From Chiloscyllium plagiosum (Eukaryota), in contig NW_025215371.1 in NCBI RefSeq assembly GCF_004010195.1, positions 62,001-126,000 of the forward strand: DNA of 64,000 nt, in the 5' to 3' direction. Below are positions 37,651-50,468 of this stretch, in pieces (within the stretch, counting starts at the first letter, position 1; every line of letters begins with the position of its first letter). The notes below the pieces were generated by a model that was not told where the DNA came from, ran no database searches, and saw only the letters and a program-made list of their open reading frames with translations. The position numbers were made by a program, and so were the translations under genes.

Positions 37651-38103
37651 TGTGAAAGGAGTTAATTGAAGCTGTTTTTCAGTGACTGTGGATGATGTCA
37701 GTCTCCATGGATCCTAACTGTGCCACTGGAGGATTTCCATCATTTTTGATCAGGTTTTTGTTTAATGTGTTATCTTACTGCATCAGCAACAGCATAATCT
37801 TAACACGATTGTGATCAGCAGCTCCAGAGAGAGGGAAAGATCAAAGTCTAAGAACAGCGGACTGGAATGTTTAACATGACGGAAAGAATGTGTACTAATG
37901 ATTATTCAGGCAGGCTACTATCCCAGCCTCGCTCTTGTTGGCGTTGCTGTTGAGTCTATCTCTGCCCATTTATTAATTCTGTAAACCATTATGAACGCCA
38001 TCGCTATTTCTGTTGTCTACATTTGGCAAAGATATGAACTATAGCGTTCACTTTCAAACGCATACTCCATTCCTATTTCATGAATTTCATACCCTTCACT
38101 TAC

Positions 38104-38231
38104 AAGCATTTGAGGAGGAACAAAAGTGTTCATTACCAAGACAGCCACATTGTGTCCTGAGCTGACTTATTTATCAATAATCCCTCCATCAACTCAACAA
38201 TATCATCTTCAATTCTGCCTCATTGCTCTTG
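38104..38231 (-). pseudogene. Candidate decayed exon (helical protein-like), unidentified
   Basis: tttattcAG...GTAAGT; reads QEQ*GRIEDDIVELMEGLLINKSAQDTMWLSW**TLLFLLKC. Confidence 0.3.
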
Positions 38232-39030
38232 CTGAATAAACCATCATCCACACCTTTTCGCTTATAGTTCGCTTCTGGCCTGTCTTCTGCTTACACATAT
38301 TTTGCTCACAAACATATTCTTGCCTCTCCCTGGACATATTCCAAGTTCAAAGTGTCAACTCAGTTTGATTCTAAAATGCGGTGGTCACAGCTTCTTGTCA
38401 TATATTTCAGCATAATATGTAACCTCATACTAGGGACAGCACTGTGCTCTCAGAGACCATGAAGGGACAGTTTCATTGAACTATTTTGATTCTCGAACTT
38501 TTCGAGAAGGAATGGGTCCAAAGTTCGCCCTCTCCCAAGTGCATTCGATGATGGAGGCCATTTCTGTCCCTCCACTGAGGAGAATACATTTGTTCTGTCT
38601 CCACAGATGAACCTTCCAGAAATATCATGGGACAGAGTACGAGTGAAATTGAGGAACTGTGCGAGATTAAAATTAATGAAGAGAATGTAATTTTAAAAAA
38701 AAATTGAAGTGAAGATTGGTAAGTTGCTTTATCAGATAATACCCATCACAGAGTATTCAAAGAGGTGGAAATAGAGCTAGTGAAATGGTGAAAGAGTCAT
38801 GCATCAAGGAAAAAGAACCTTGGGTGCAACCTGTCAACGATTACCATAATCCCTAAATAATCTAGTCTCACCGGTCGACGCTTGACCCAGATTACTCCAA
38901 GCCTTTCCTATTCATGTCTTGTGATTTTTTTAACGATAAAAAAGCATCTTTGTATATTCTTTAAAAGCGATGAGTCTGAAATTTCTGGCTTGTGCCGAGT
39001 GGAAATTAGCTTTTGTAACCCTAAAGTAGA

Positions 39031-40375
39031 ATGGATGGCTTTGTGGTATGTAGAGAAGAGGTGTTGGAAATCCTGGAAAAGGTGAAAATAGATAAGTCCC
39101 CTGGGCCTGATGGCATTTATCCTAGGATTCTCTGGGAAGCAAGGAAGGAGATTGCAGAGCCATTGGCCTTGATGTTTATGTCCTCGTTGTCTACAGGANN
39201 NNNNNNNNNNNNNNNNNNNNNNNNNNNNNNNNNNNNNNNNNNNNNNNNNNNNNNNNNNNNNNNNNNNNNNNNNNNNNNNNNNNNNNNNNNNNNNNNNNNN
39301 NNNNNNNNNNNNNNNNNNNNNNNNNNNNNNNNNNNNNNNNNNNNNNNNNNNNNNNNNNNNNNNNNNNNNNNNNNNNNNNNNNNNNNNNNNNNNNNNNNNN
39401 NNNNNNNNNNNNNNNNNNNNNNNNNNNNNNNNNNNNNNNNNNNNNNNNNNNNNNNNNNNNNNNNNNNNNNNNNNNNNNNNNNNNNNNNNNNNNNNNNNNN
39501 NNNNNNNNNNNNNNNNNNNNNNNNNNNNNNNNNNNNNNNNNNNNNNNNNNNNNNNNNNNNNNNNNNNNNNNNNNNNNNNNNNNNNNNNNNNNNNNNNNNN
39601 NNNNNNNNNNNNNNNNNNNNNNNNNNNNNNNNNNNNNNNNNNNNNNNNNNNNNNNNNNNNNNNNNNNNNNNNNNNNNNNNNNNNNNNNNNNNNNNNNNNN
39701 NNNNNNNNNNNNNNNNNNNNNNNNNNNNNNNNNNNNNNNNNNNNNNNNNNNNNNNNNNNNNNNNNNNNNNNNNNNNNNNNNNNNNNNNNNNNNNNNNNNN
39801 NNNNNNNNNNNNNNNNNNNNNNNNNNNNNNNNNNNNNNNNNNNNNNNNNNNNNNNNNNNNNNNNNNNNNNNNNNNNNNNNNNNNNNNNNNNNNNNNNNNN
39901 NNNNNNNNNNNNNNNNNNNNNNNNNNNNNNNNNNNNNNNNNNNNNNNNNNNNNNNNNNNNNNNNNNNNNNNNNNNNNNNNNNNNNNNNNNNNNNNNNNNN
40001 NNNNNNNNNNNNNNNNNNNNNNNNNNNNNNNNNNNNNNNNNNNNNNNNNNNNNNNNNNNNNNNNNNNNNNNNNNNNNNNNNNNNNNNNNNNNNNNNNNNN
40101 NNNNNNNNNNNAAGGGGGCATAGCTTTAAATTAAGTGGGGGGTAGATATAGGACTGAAGTTGGGGTAGGTTCTTCACTCAGCGAGTTGTTAGTTCATGGA
40201 ATGCCCTGCCAGTAGCAGTGGTGTACTCTCCCTCTTTATGGGCATTTAAGCGGGCATTGGATAGGTATATGGAGGATAGTGGGTTAGTATAGGTTAGGTG
40301 GGCTTGGATCGGCGCAACATCGAGGGCCAAAGGGCCTGTACTGCGCTGTATTATTCTATGTTCTATGTTCTATGT
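39031..40375 (+). mobile_element. Young CR1 3' portion spanning an assembly gap (N 39199-40111)
   Basis: KIDKSPGPDGIYPRILWEARKEIAEPL before the gap; (TTCTATG)n tail after it. Confidence 0.9.
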
Positions 40376-40639
40376 AAATAGTAAAAACTGGACAGTGAGG
40401 GAAATTCAATCAAGTTGAGATATTGGACAACTTGATGTTAGTGCTGAGGAAAATATTGGAATATATAATAAGGAATGTGATAAATGGACACGTGGGGAAT
40501 CATAATGTGGCTAAGCAGAGTCAGCTTAGCTTCAGGAAATGGATATTATTTTTGAAAACCTGGCGAATTTGAATTTGTTGGGGTGTTCACAAATCAGACC
40601 CAGTGGGAGCAGTGTATTTGAATTTGCAGAATACTTTTA

Positions 40640-41971
40640 GAATATAGAACAGGACACAGCTGGTCCTTTGACCCACGATGTTGTGCCGAGATTTAATCCT
40701 AATGTGAAATATAGTAACAACCCATGCACACCTCAACTCACTGCTATCCACGTCCATGTCCAGCAGTCGCTTAAATGTCCCCAATGACTCTCCTTCCACC
40801 ACCACCACTGATAACGCATTCCATGCATTCAAAACTCTCTGTGTAAAAGAAAAACTACCTCTGACGTTTCCTATATACCTTTCTCCTAATATCTTCAAAC
40901 CATGACTTCTCATACCAGTCAATCCTACCCTGGGGAAAGGTGCTGGCTACTGACTCTATCGATTCTTCTCCTTTTTGTACACCTCTATTAGGCTTCCTAT
41001 CTTTTTCCTTCTCGCTAGAGAGAAATGTCCGAGTCTATTGAACCTGTCTTCATAAGGCAAGCCCTCCAGTCCAGGCCGCATCATGGTAAACCTTCTTTGC
41101 CAAAGCCTATGTATCTTTCCTATTGTAGGGCGACAGAACTGCACACAATATTCCAAGTGTGGCCCCACCAAGGACTTGTGGAGCTGCTTAAACCCTTATC
41201 ACCCCGTTAATGAAAGCCAAAACACCATATGTTTTCTTAACCACATTATCCACTTGGGTGGCAACTTTGAGACATCTATCTACTTGCACACCCAGATCCC
41301 TCCGTTCCTCCACACTGCCAAGAATCCTGACTTTAATCCTATACTCAGCATTCGAGTTCGATCTTCCAAAATGCATCACTTCGCATGTATCCAGGTTGAA
41401 CTTCACTTGCCTTTCCTCAGCCCTCCTCTGCATTCTGTCTATGTCGCGCTGAAGCCTGCAGTAACCCTCTATACTATCGACGACACCACAACCTTTGTGT
41501 CATCTGCAAATTTACAAACCCTCCCCTCAACCTCCTCATCCATGTCATTTATCAAAGCTATAAAGAGCAGAGGCCCAAGTACAGAGCCCTGCGGGACCCC
41601 ACTCAACACTGTCCTCCAGGCAGAATACTTTCCATCTACAAACAATCTCTGCCTTCTGTCAGCCAGCCAATTCTGAATCCAGATAGCCAAATCTCCCTGG
41701 ATCCCATACTTCCTGACTTTATGAATGAGCCTATCATGGGGAACCCTATCAAATGCCTTGCTGAAATCCATATACACCACAACCACGGCTCGACCGTCGT
41801 CGACCTGTCTTGACACCGCCTCACAGAACTCCATAGATTTTGTGAGGCATGACCTGCCCCTCACAAAGGCATGCTGACTGCCTTTAATCTCACTATGCTT
41901 TGCCAAACAGTCATAAATCCTATCGCTATGAATTCTTTCCAAAACTTTGCTGACCACAGACGTAAGACTGG
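40640..41971 (-). mobile_element. 5'-truncated CR1 (RT plus 3' UTR)
   Basis: ORF 41469..41975 [40 protein letters not shown]. Confidence 0.95.
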
Positions 41972-42167
41972 TCAAAGTTTGTGAGAGTATTTGTAGCTCG
42001 GGTGCTCGTTGTTGTGGTTCTGTTCGCCGAGCTGGGAATTTTTTTTTGCAGATGTATCGTCCCCTGTCGAGGTGACATCCTCAGTGCTTGGGAGCCTCCT
42101 GTGAAGCTAGACAGGGGACGAAATGTCTCCAACCTAAATTCCCAGCTCGGCGAACAGAACCACAACA
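41972..42167. mobile_element. Fold-back terminal repeat of a second Penelope family with a 12-bp TSD
   Basis: acgtaagactgg at 41960 and 42168; cgttgttgtggttctgttcgccgagctgggaatt is mirrored by aattcccagctcggcgaacagaaccacaacaacg. Confidence 0.8.
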
Positions 42168-42542
42168 ACGTAAGACTGGCTTTGGTTATTGATTTCGCTA
42201 TTGATAGGTGAGTGAAAGCCCATGTGTAAGGGGGATACACAACATGGATTGATAATTCGTCAGTATAGACAATACAGAGAGGAACGTTTGTTTCTGGAGT
42301 GAAGGCCGTTACTCAAAGGGTATTACTGTTTGGACCAGAGCAATTTCCAAGATTGGCACATGATTAGGATGTGGGTAACATATAACATATATTTCATTTT
42401 ATATTGATTAAATGGTGCGAGTTTGGGAAAAATTGTTGTCCAAAAGGACCTGCATGTCCTTGATCATGAATCACCAAAACAATACATCCAGGTGCCTCAG
42501 AGTCATAGAGTCTTACAGCACGCAAACGTGTCCATGCCGACC

Positions 42543-43708
42543 TGTTAGGAATTCCAAAGCATATCTGGTCACTTTAAGACAGAACGTGTTTTGCTGAATT
42601 TAAAGTTACAGCCACAACCGCCAGCTAACGATCGGGTTGCTCCAAATGTTACAATTAATTGTAAAATGGATACCTTTGGTAGTTGTTTTGATAACAATGC
42701 TCATTTAACCAATTCGTTTTAGTCAAGCCCAGGATACCAGAAGCCTCTGAAAGCAACGCTTTACTGTTTTACACCTGGAAACCAATCAAACTATAAGAAT
42801 TCAATGTGTCATCATGTGTACATAAACCCGGTATTTTGAAAAATAGGGAGCAACTGCTTTCGAAAAACAGAGCAACTGCTGTAAAGTCGGTAAGCTGGCT
42901 GACCAGCTGACATCTTGGTCTCAAACAAAATAGAAAACAATGTCTATCGAAGATATATATATTCATGCAAAACCTACTTGCAGTATAAAATAAAGAAAGA
43001 TGACAAAGGGAGAACAGCAGTTTGATGGTTGAAGACAACGCAGAAGATAGAGTCTGTGTGGTCTTGAGATTAGGTTAATGTAACTTTTAATAAATGCGTT
43101 ATTTTATCAGCATATTTTTATAGATTTGGCGTCAGATAGTAAATAATTCAGAAAAGGGATTATTGTATTTGTGAACAGTTGTTGTTTCCTGTTAAATATT
43201 AGACTTCACGAAAAAAATGTTATTTCTCTTTCAGTAATGGAATTTGGGATTTCTCTCACTCATTTTTGAACAGATTATGAGGCGAGGTGAGCTTTTCTGG
43301 GTGTGTGGCTTTTATTAACAGAGAGGTTCGACATCAATGTCATAATAGTTTTGAGGCTTGTGGTCCGAAATTTGGAAAGATTTGGAGAAATTTGAACAAA
43401 GTTGGGTAGAACATGTCCCAGCACATTCCAACATTTGGCAATTATTGTCCTAAATCTTTAAATAAACCTTAGGAGAAAAATATTGTTAAATGTCGCTTAC
43501 TTGTGGTTGGTTAAATTAAAACTGAGAGAAATGGCGCTTAGCATTGCTAAAGTTGTTCTGAGATTTGAAGATGATCCCCAAATTTGCCAAGAAAATTTAG
43601 AAAGACAGAGAAAGGGATTACTTTTAGAATTAGAAAATATATTAGAGCTGTACTTAACCAGGGACAAAATAAAAGCTGAAGTTGTAATGGAGTTGGTGAA
43701 GCACTTCA
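42543..43708 (+). mobile_element. Gmr1-like LTR (42543-43347), decayed PBS and gag N-terminus running into gap 43709-44453
   Basis: TGTTAG...CATAATA; ttgaggcttg..gtccgaaatttg; MALSIAKVVLRFE from 43531 resembles the gag start at 10678. Confidence 0.75.
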
Positions 43709-46700
43709 NNNNNNNNNNNNNNNNNNNNNNNNNNNNNNNNNNNNNNNNNNNNNNNNNNNNNNNNNNNNNNNNNNNNNNNNNNNNNNNNNNNNNNNNNNNN
43801 NNNNNNNNNNNNNNNNNNNNNNNNNNNNNNNNNNNNNNNNNNNNNNNNNNNNNNNNNNNNNNNNNNNNNNNNNNNNNNNNNNNNNNNNNNNNNNNNNNNN
43901 NNNNNNNNNNNNNNNNNNNNNNNNNNNNNNNNNNNNNNNNNNNNNNNNNNNNNNNNNNNNNNNNNNNNNNNNNNNNNNNNNNNNNNNNNNNNNNNNNNNN
44001 NNNNNNNNNNNNNNNNNNNNNNNNNNNNNNNNNNNNNNNNNNNNNNNNNNNNNNNNNNNNNNNNNNNNNNNNNNNNNNNNNNNNNNNNNNNNNNNNNNNN
44101 NNNNNNNNNNNNNNNNNNNNNNNNNNNNNNNNNNNNNNNNNNNNNNNNNNNNNNNNNNNNNNNNNNNNNNNNNNNNNNNNNNNNNNNNNNNNNNNNNNNN
44201 NNNNNNNNNNNNNNNNNNNNNNNNNNNNNNNNNNNNNNNNNNNNNNNNNNNNNNNNNNNNNNNNNNNNNNNNNNNNNNNNNNNNNNNNNNNNNNNNNNNN
44301 NNNNNNNNNNNNNNNNNNNNNNNNNNNNNNNNNNNNNNNNNNNNNNNNNNNNNNNNNNNNNNNNNNNNNNNNNNNNNNNNNNNNNNNNNNNNNNNNNNNN
44401 NNNNNNNNNNNNNNNNNNNNNNNNNNNNNNNNNNNNNNNNNNNNNNNNNNNNNAAAGTCATCGTCGAGCAGCTGTGGAACCTTGCTGAGACACTATTTGG
44501 GCACTCTCCACAGATTTGACCTCCTTAGTTAGGAATGATCTCCTTACCATAGACACAGATGATGGCAACGTGAGGAGAGAGTGAAGACGCTGAGAGTTCA
44601 TTCTGTAGAGCTGTGAGAGAAGAAGAAATTACGACGCTGAAAATTGAGGATTAGCAGCGATCACTTATTTTCAAAAGAGACATTGATAGGGTGAGAAATT
44701 CCAAACTTTACCCAGGATTGTTTGCTTTGATTTATTGTCATGTGTACCTCAGTACAGGAAAAACTTTTTTTGTGAGCAGTGGAGGCAGATCATAGTAAGT
44801 ATTGCCAGACAGGTCATAGAGTGAAAATAGACTTGAACAGAGTAAGGCATACCGGTTACACTGCACAGGACGTGCACTTGGAAAGATCAATATGAACAAG
44901 ATCAGCATTATTTGGAGTTAGACCATCCATTCATCAGATTAGCATAGCTTTCCATTAGTTTTTATGCCTTAACTAACACTCCCTACATTCATGTGCTGTC
45001 GATGTGTAAAACTGTACTGAATGTCATGTTTTGAACAATTCCCGACAGCAGCCACAATACCTTCCTTCTGAAACAGGTAGCAATTCGCACCAGCTTCCGA
45101 CCAATATGGAGGGTACCAGTCTGCCTTCTCGGAGATGGAAGGTGCTTGCTTGATACTTCATACAAAAATTTTGCTTCCCTCCACACTGCTAGAACATCAC
45201 GTTAAAAAAAAACCACGAGGAACAACGTGGACTAGTCTATTTGTGCAGCCTCTGCTCTACTTATTTATGATCTTAGCGCACCAATAAGAAAGTGAGGACT
45301 GCACATGCTGGAGATCAGAGTAGGGAGTGTCGTGCGGGAAAAAAACATAGCAGCACATGAAGCATCCAAGGAGAGGAGAATCGTTTCGGGCATAACCATT
45401 CATCAGAAATCGGCATCTATTACCTCATTCTGTCCCTGGGTTAGTGAATTGAATGGCTGATTGGCCTCCGGCTGTTCCTGTGCAAGTGATTCAAGGGGCT
45501 GAATGGCTTCTTCCACTTCCGATTGGACAGGGCCTAGGGCTTGATAGGGTTACTTCTGGTTCCTGTTCAACAGCTGGATGTGCCGATTCGTGTGAAAATG
45601 CTATGGCTTTAAGAGGTTATTTTGTTCTGATTTCTTTTCAGGGAGAAATTGAACCATCATTACCAAGCTGGCTACTTAACACCACTTGCGTAAGCAACCA
45701 GGAAGGCCTTGGCTTTATTTTAATGTTGCCTGAATCGTTGTGGAAAGGTCTCACAGATTAGGATTTATAGTGTTCTGGTTTCTCAGTAAAATCAGAAGCT
45801 ATTGGGGTCACAACAGAGTTGGCAGCTTCAGAGAATGTCTCCTAGCTACAACTCTATTTGAATTTTCACTTGATGTTGTTTTTTGCTTCCTGGATTGGAG
45901 AAATGTTTGAGACAATCGGTGATTGAATTTTCCTTTTTGCCAAGGAGTGAGTTTATGGGCTGTTCGCTTATGGAACAGGTAATTGGCAATAATCCCTGGA
46001 TCTGTTATTCTGTTAAGTTATCCAATAGAGTTAAGTTCTTCTAAAATCTTCTTTCGTTGTTTTTTTTTCTCTCTGTCGTGTTTAAATACATTTCTTTTTA
46101 CTTAATACTGAATGGTTTGACCAGTCACATTGCATCTGGAACAGACACTTTACATTTCCTTTAAAGTAAGAAAGCGTTAGAGTCTAGGCTACCGCCTCAA
46201 AATATTTCTGAGGGGCTCTGGTGTGGTCCATAATACTAGACTCCTTATTTTCCTGAGTAATAGGCTGAAGGCACTGAATGGGCTATTCCTGTTCTTCACC
46301 AATCGTGTCAATGGGCTGAAAAGCTTCCTGACAATTTTGTGAAAGCAACGTGAGGGTGAATGAAGTCTTGATTACACTGTGGCAATATGCACAGTCTCGC
46401 AGGACTGTTATATGAATATTACAGACACTTTAACAGCACAATCCAGAATGATGTCTGGGTCTTGCTGGATACGGACACAGACTAGGTCAGGTGCTGAGGG
46501 GAAAATCCGAACACTGTGGAATATTCAGGGGCAATCCCTATTTCTGATCTTGTAGTGTGGAGGGTGGGGTGTGGGACGGGCGAGACGTTGATGAAGGAGG
46601 TAAACATGCTTGTGAAGAGGAGGCTACCTGCGAATCGCCCACAGAGGCAATCCAGGACTGAGATGATGACATCTACAAGGTACAAACATCTTCCTTTTTG

Positions 46701-47223
46701 TTATGATTGACTCCCACCACTGGAGAGTTTAGTATGATTCCCATTAAATCCAGTGTTGTTCAACTCTTTGACGTCAAACTCAGTCAACCATTGCCTTTAC
46801 ATCAGGACCAGTCCCTCTTACCTGATACCTTGCGTTCACCTCTTTTGTTCATATCAACAGGTCATGGTATAGGAGTAGATGCCAAGAATCCCCCTTTTCC
46901 AGAATGTTAGCGGAGGTGAATACTGAAAGTAATAGAACAGGAGGCTGATGAATATTGATCTGTCTGAGAGTTAAGGTTTATGACTAATTGGGTATGAAAG
47001 AGGATTTGAGACCAAGACCAGATCAGCCATGATCTCCATAATGGTCAAGGCAGGATTGGGGGAAGTGGTGAAAAACCTGATCTTGTTTCTGATATTCTCA
47101 CATTCTGTTATTGGAAAGTTACTGAGTGCTATTTTTCTGGACGTTCTGTTGTCCAGTGTTGAAGTCAGGGAGACCAGGGTATTTGTGAGCCATCTCTGGG
47201 TGAGGTATGGTGGTTGTACTCAC

Positions 47224-47314
47224 ACTGAATCTGTGTCCAAAACATGACCAACAAATGAAGCACAAGTAGCAATGGGGGGAGTCTCTGGAAAGGGAGATGA
47301 GCGGCCTCGTTCAT
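47224..47314 (-). pseudogene. Mirror copy of the candidate signal-peptide exon
   Basis: MNEAAHLPFQRLPPLLLVLHLLVMFWTQIQ followed by GTGAGT. Confidence 0.4.
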
Positions 47315-49164
47315 ACACAGCCTTGGTTTTCCAGTTTCTTTTCCCAAATCACTTGAAACCGTGTGTGACAGTCTTAAAGGACTCAGTTACTTTCCCATCT
47401 TTCTGTGCACCAGGTTATGGGAGCAAGCGGACTCTCTAACTGCTCCTGTCTAGCAAGTTTGAGGGGCTGAATCGATAATGGGGTATGGAGAGGAGCAGGA
47501 GTGGGTCATTAGACACTTTGAGCCATCTCTACCAGTACTAGGTTTGTGGCTATTCAGCCCGACTTATCTGTCTCTATCTCATTATCGTGACTCACTCTCT
47601 GTCAAATATTTTACTAACTCAGCTTTGAATATATGTGAACATAGAGGCATGATAAACATCTCCACAAGTCCTTTCAGAACTTCTCTTCATCTCTCTTACA
47701 GGATCATAGAGTCTTGCCGCATGGAAAGAGACTCGTGAGTCCAGTCTGTTCACTCTGGTCAGATAACCAAACCTGATCCATTTCCATTTGCTAGCAATTG
47801 GCCAATGCCACTCCTCTTGCATGCACTTTTTAAATGTGCGATTGTAACTGCCTTCATTACTGCAATTTCCATACCAACACCACTCGCTGTGTGAAAAAAA
47901 AATACCCCTAAGATCCCCTCGAAATCATTCCCCTCTCGCCTTCACTCTATGCCTTCTTGGTTTGGACTTCTCTATTCTGGGAAGCAGACCGTAGCAATTC
48001 AGAATATCCATACGCTTGATGATTTTATAAACCTCAATAATGTCAACCATCAGCACCTGACACTTCGGGGCAAACACCTTAACCTATTCAGCTTCTGTCT
48101 AAAGGTCAATCTCTCAGTCCCGGAACATCTGTGTAAATCATTTCTAATGTCAACCGATCTGTATGCAGTATTTTTAAAGTCGCCTCACCAACATCCTACA
48201 CAGGTGCAACATTACACCCCCAACTCCTCTACTCAATGCTCTGACTGATAAAGGCAAGTGTCCCAAATGTGTTCTGCACCATACTATCTATCTGAGATCC
48301 ACTTTCAAGGAAAGATGCAGTTGCAGCCTAAAGTCTCTGTTCCACAACACGCCACACGACCTCACCATTAAGTGCATAAATCCTGCCCTGATTTGGCTTT
48401 CCAAAATGCAAAACAATCATATTTGACTAAAATAAACTTCATCTGTCACTCCTTGCTCAAACATTCATCTAATTGTGGTCTCGTTGTGCACTGAGATAAT
48501 CCACTACACCACCGTCATCTGGAAACTTACTAACAAGGCCAATGACATTTACATCCAAATCCTTGATATAAATGATGAAATGCTGTGAACTTGCTGCCTG
48601 ACCTGCTGTGCTGTTCCAGCAATAAAGTTTCAACTTTGATCTCCAGCATCTGCAGACCTCACTTTCTCCTCAATGATACTTACATCCAAATCCTTGATAT
48701 AAATGATGAAATGCTGTGAACTCAGTACTGATTCTTGCAGCACACTGCTGGTCACAAGCCTCCAGTCCAGTAACCCCCTACCTTCAGACCAATATTGAAT
48801 CCAACTGACTAGCCTCCTCTGTATCCTATGTGACTTAACCATCCTAATCAATCTACCAATCGGAATGGTATGTTCATTTTGACAATGTCTGCCAAACTGC
48901 CTTCATCAACATTCCTTGTCACCTGTTCACAAAACTCAATCAAATCAATGAGCCATGGTTTCCCACGCAGAGAGCCATGTTGACTACCACTGATCGTCTC
49001 TTGCCTTCCCAAATGTACGTAAGTCTTATCCCCCAGAATCCTCTCTAAAAACGTACCCGTCACTGATATCAGTCTCACCGGAATATTGTTCCCAGGCTTT
49101 TTGGGTCACTGTTTCTGTTCCCGTCCTACTCCTCCACTGCTCACAAGAAAGGTTAAATGTAAAC

Positions 49165-49409
49165 CCGCCTCAGGCGACTGATGTGTGGAGTTTGCACGTT
49201 CTCCCCGTGTCTGCGTGGGTTTCCTCCGGGTGCTCCGGTTTCCTCCCACCATCCAAAGATGTGCAGGGTCAGGTTAATTGGCCATACTAAATTGCCTGTA
49301 GTGTTAGGTAAGGGGTAAATGTAGGGGTATGGTTGGGTTTCGCTTCGGCGGGTCGGTGTGGACTTTTTGGGCCGAAGGGCCTGTTTCCACTCTGTAATCT
49401 AATCTAAAC
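49165..49409 (+). mobile_element. 5'-truncated HE1-like V-SINE, right arm only
   Basis: tgtgtggagtttgcacgttctccccgtgtctgcgtgggtttcctccgggtgctccggtttcctccca; empty site at about 21980. Confidence 0.93.
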
Positions 49410-50468
49410 AGGTTGGTGATATGGTTGACGATACAGGTCTCATACTGGGTCAGGGTCAGTTTTAGGACAAGTTAGGTTCCAAAAACAGCACCTTAATGAT
49501 CCAAAGCAATGTTACTCAAACTGTGATGGAAAGACAAATGGCCAATTGTTTGGATATTGCACATATATAATCGATATTTTCCTTTCTACAGAGAGAGAGA
49601 GAAAGAGAGATAAACCGATTAACAAATTCTCTGCAATTTTAACTTGAAAGACCTTTGTTCAAACATTAGTGTAACTCATGGCAGAACGAAAAATTTAGAG
49701 ATTGTCCAAAATGTTATTCTGTTTCTGAAGGTATTCTGCTCAAACAAGGTGTGGGATTTCTTCCTGTAACATTGGGATGTGGCTGAATTCCCTTTACTTT
49801 AGGCAGTGTGGAGGTTCTCATGACTTCTGTTCAAGAATTCTCCACGAGAGCAGCACGTTGGCTCAGTTAGCACTTCTGCATCACAGCGCCAGGGACCTGG
49901 GTGTGATTCCAAATTCGTGCAACTGTGTGTGGAGTTTGCAAATTCTCCTTGTGTTTGTGTGGGTTTCTGCCGAGTGTTCCGGTTTCCACCCACAGATATG
50001 CAGTTTAGATGGATTGGCCATGGCTAATTTGCCCATAGTGTTCAAGAATGCCTAGATTAGGTTCATTAGTCATGGATAAATATAGGATAGGGGAATGTGA
50101 CTGGTAAGGTTACTCTTCGGAACGTTCGTGTGGACTTGATGGGCCGAAGGGTCTGTTTCGACATTGTAGGTATTCTATAAAAAAAGAAAGAGTGGTCAAG
50201 ATGACTGAGGAGTATTTCTTTGAGCTCGCATATATTGCTGTGATGAGTAACAAGGAAGGAGAGAGAGTGGAATAGCCGTTCCTTCTCGGGCACATTACAT
50301 TTTCTTCCTCTTTGATTTGAATCACACAATAATGTAATCCTCTCCCAAACTGTCCCATATGCGATCTCCTCGCACATTGTCCGAACTATAACTCCAACAC
50401 ATTCCCTGCTCTATGTCGATGTATCATTGCTGATGTCACACACAGAGCCATTTCCTTAGCAGAAAATT

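Noticed and set aside
37707..37733. ATG GAT CCT AAC TGT GCC ACT GGA GGA = MDPNCATGG, resembling a mammalian metallothionein start
   Set aside because: No following Cys-rich sequence or matching exon structure; a short chance match.
26791..44532. Long ORFs of 178-367 aa in the ORF track
   Set aside because: Artefacts of reading through N gaps.
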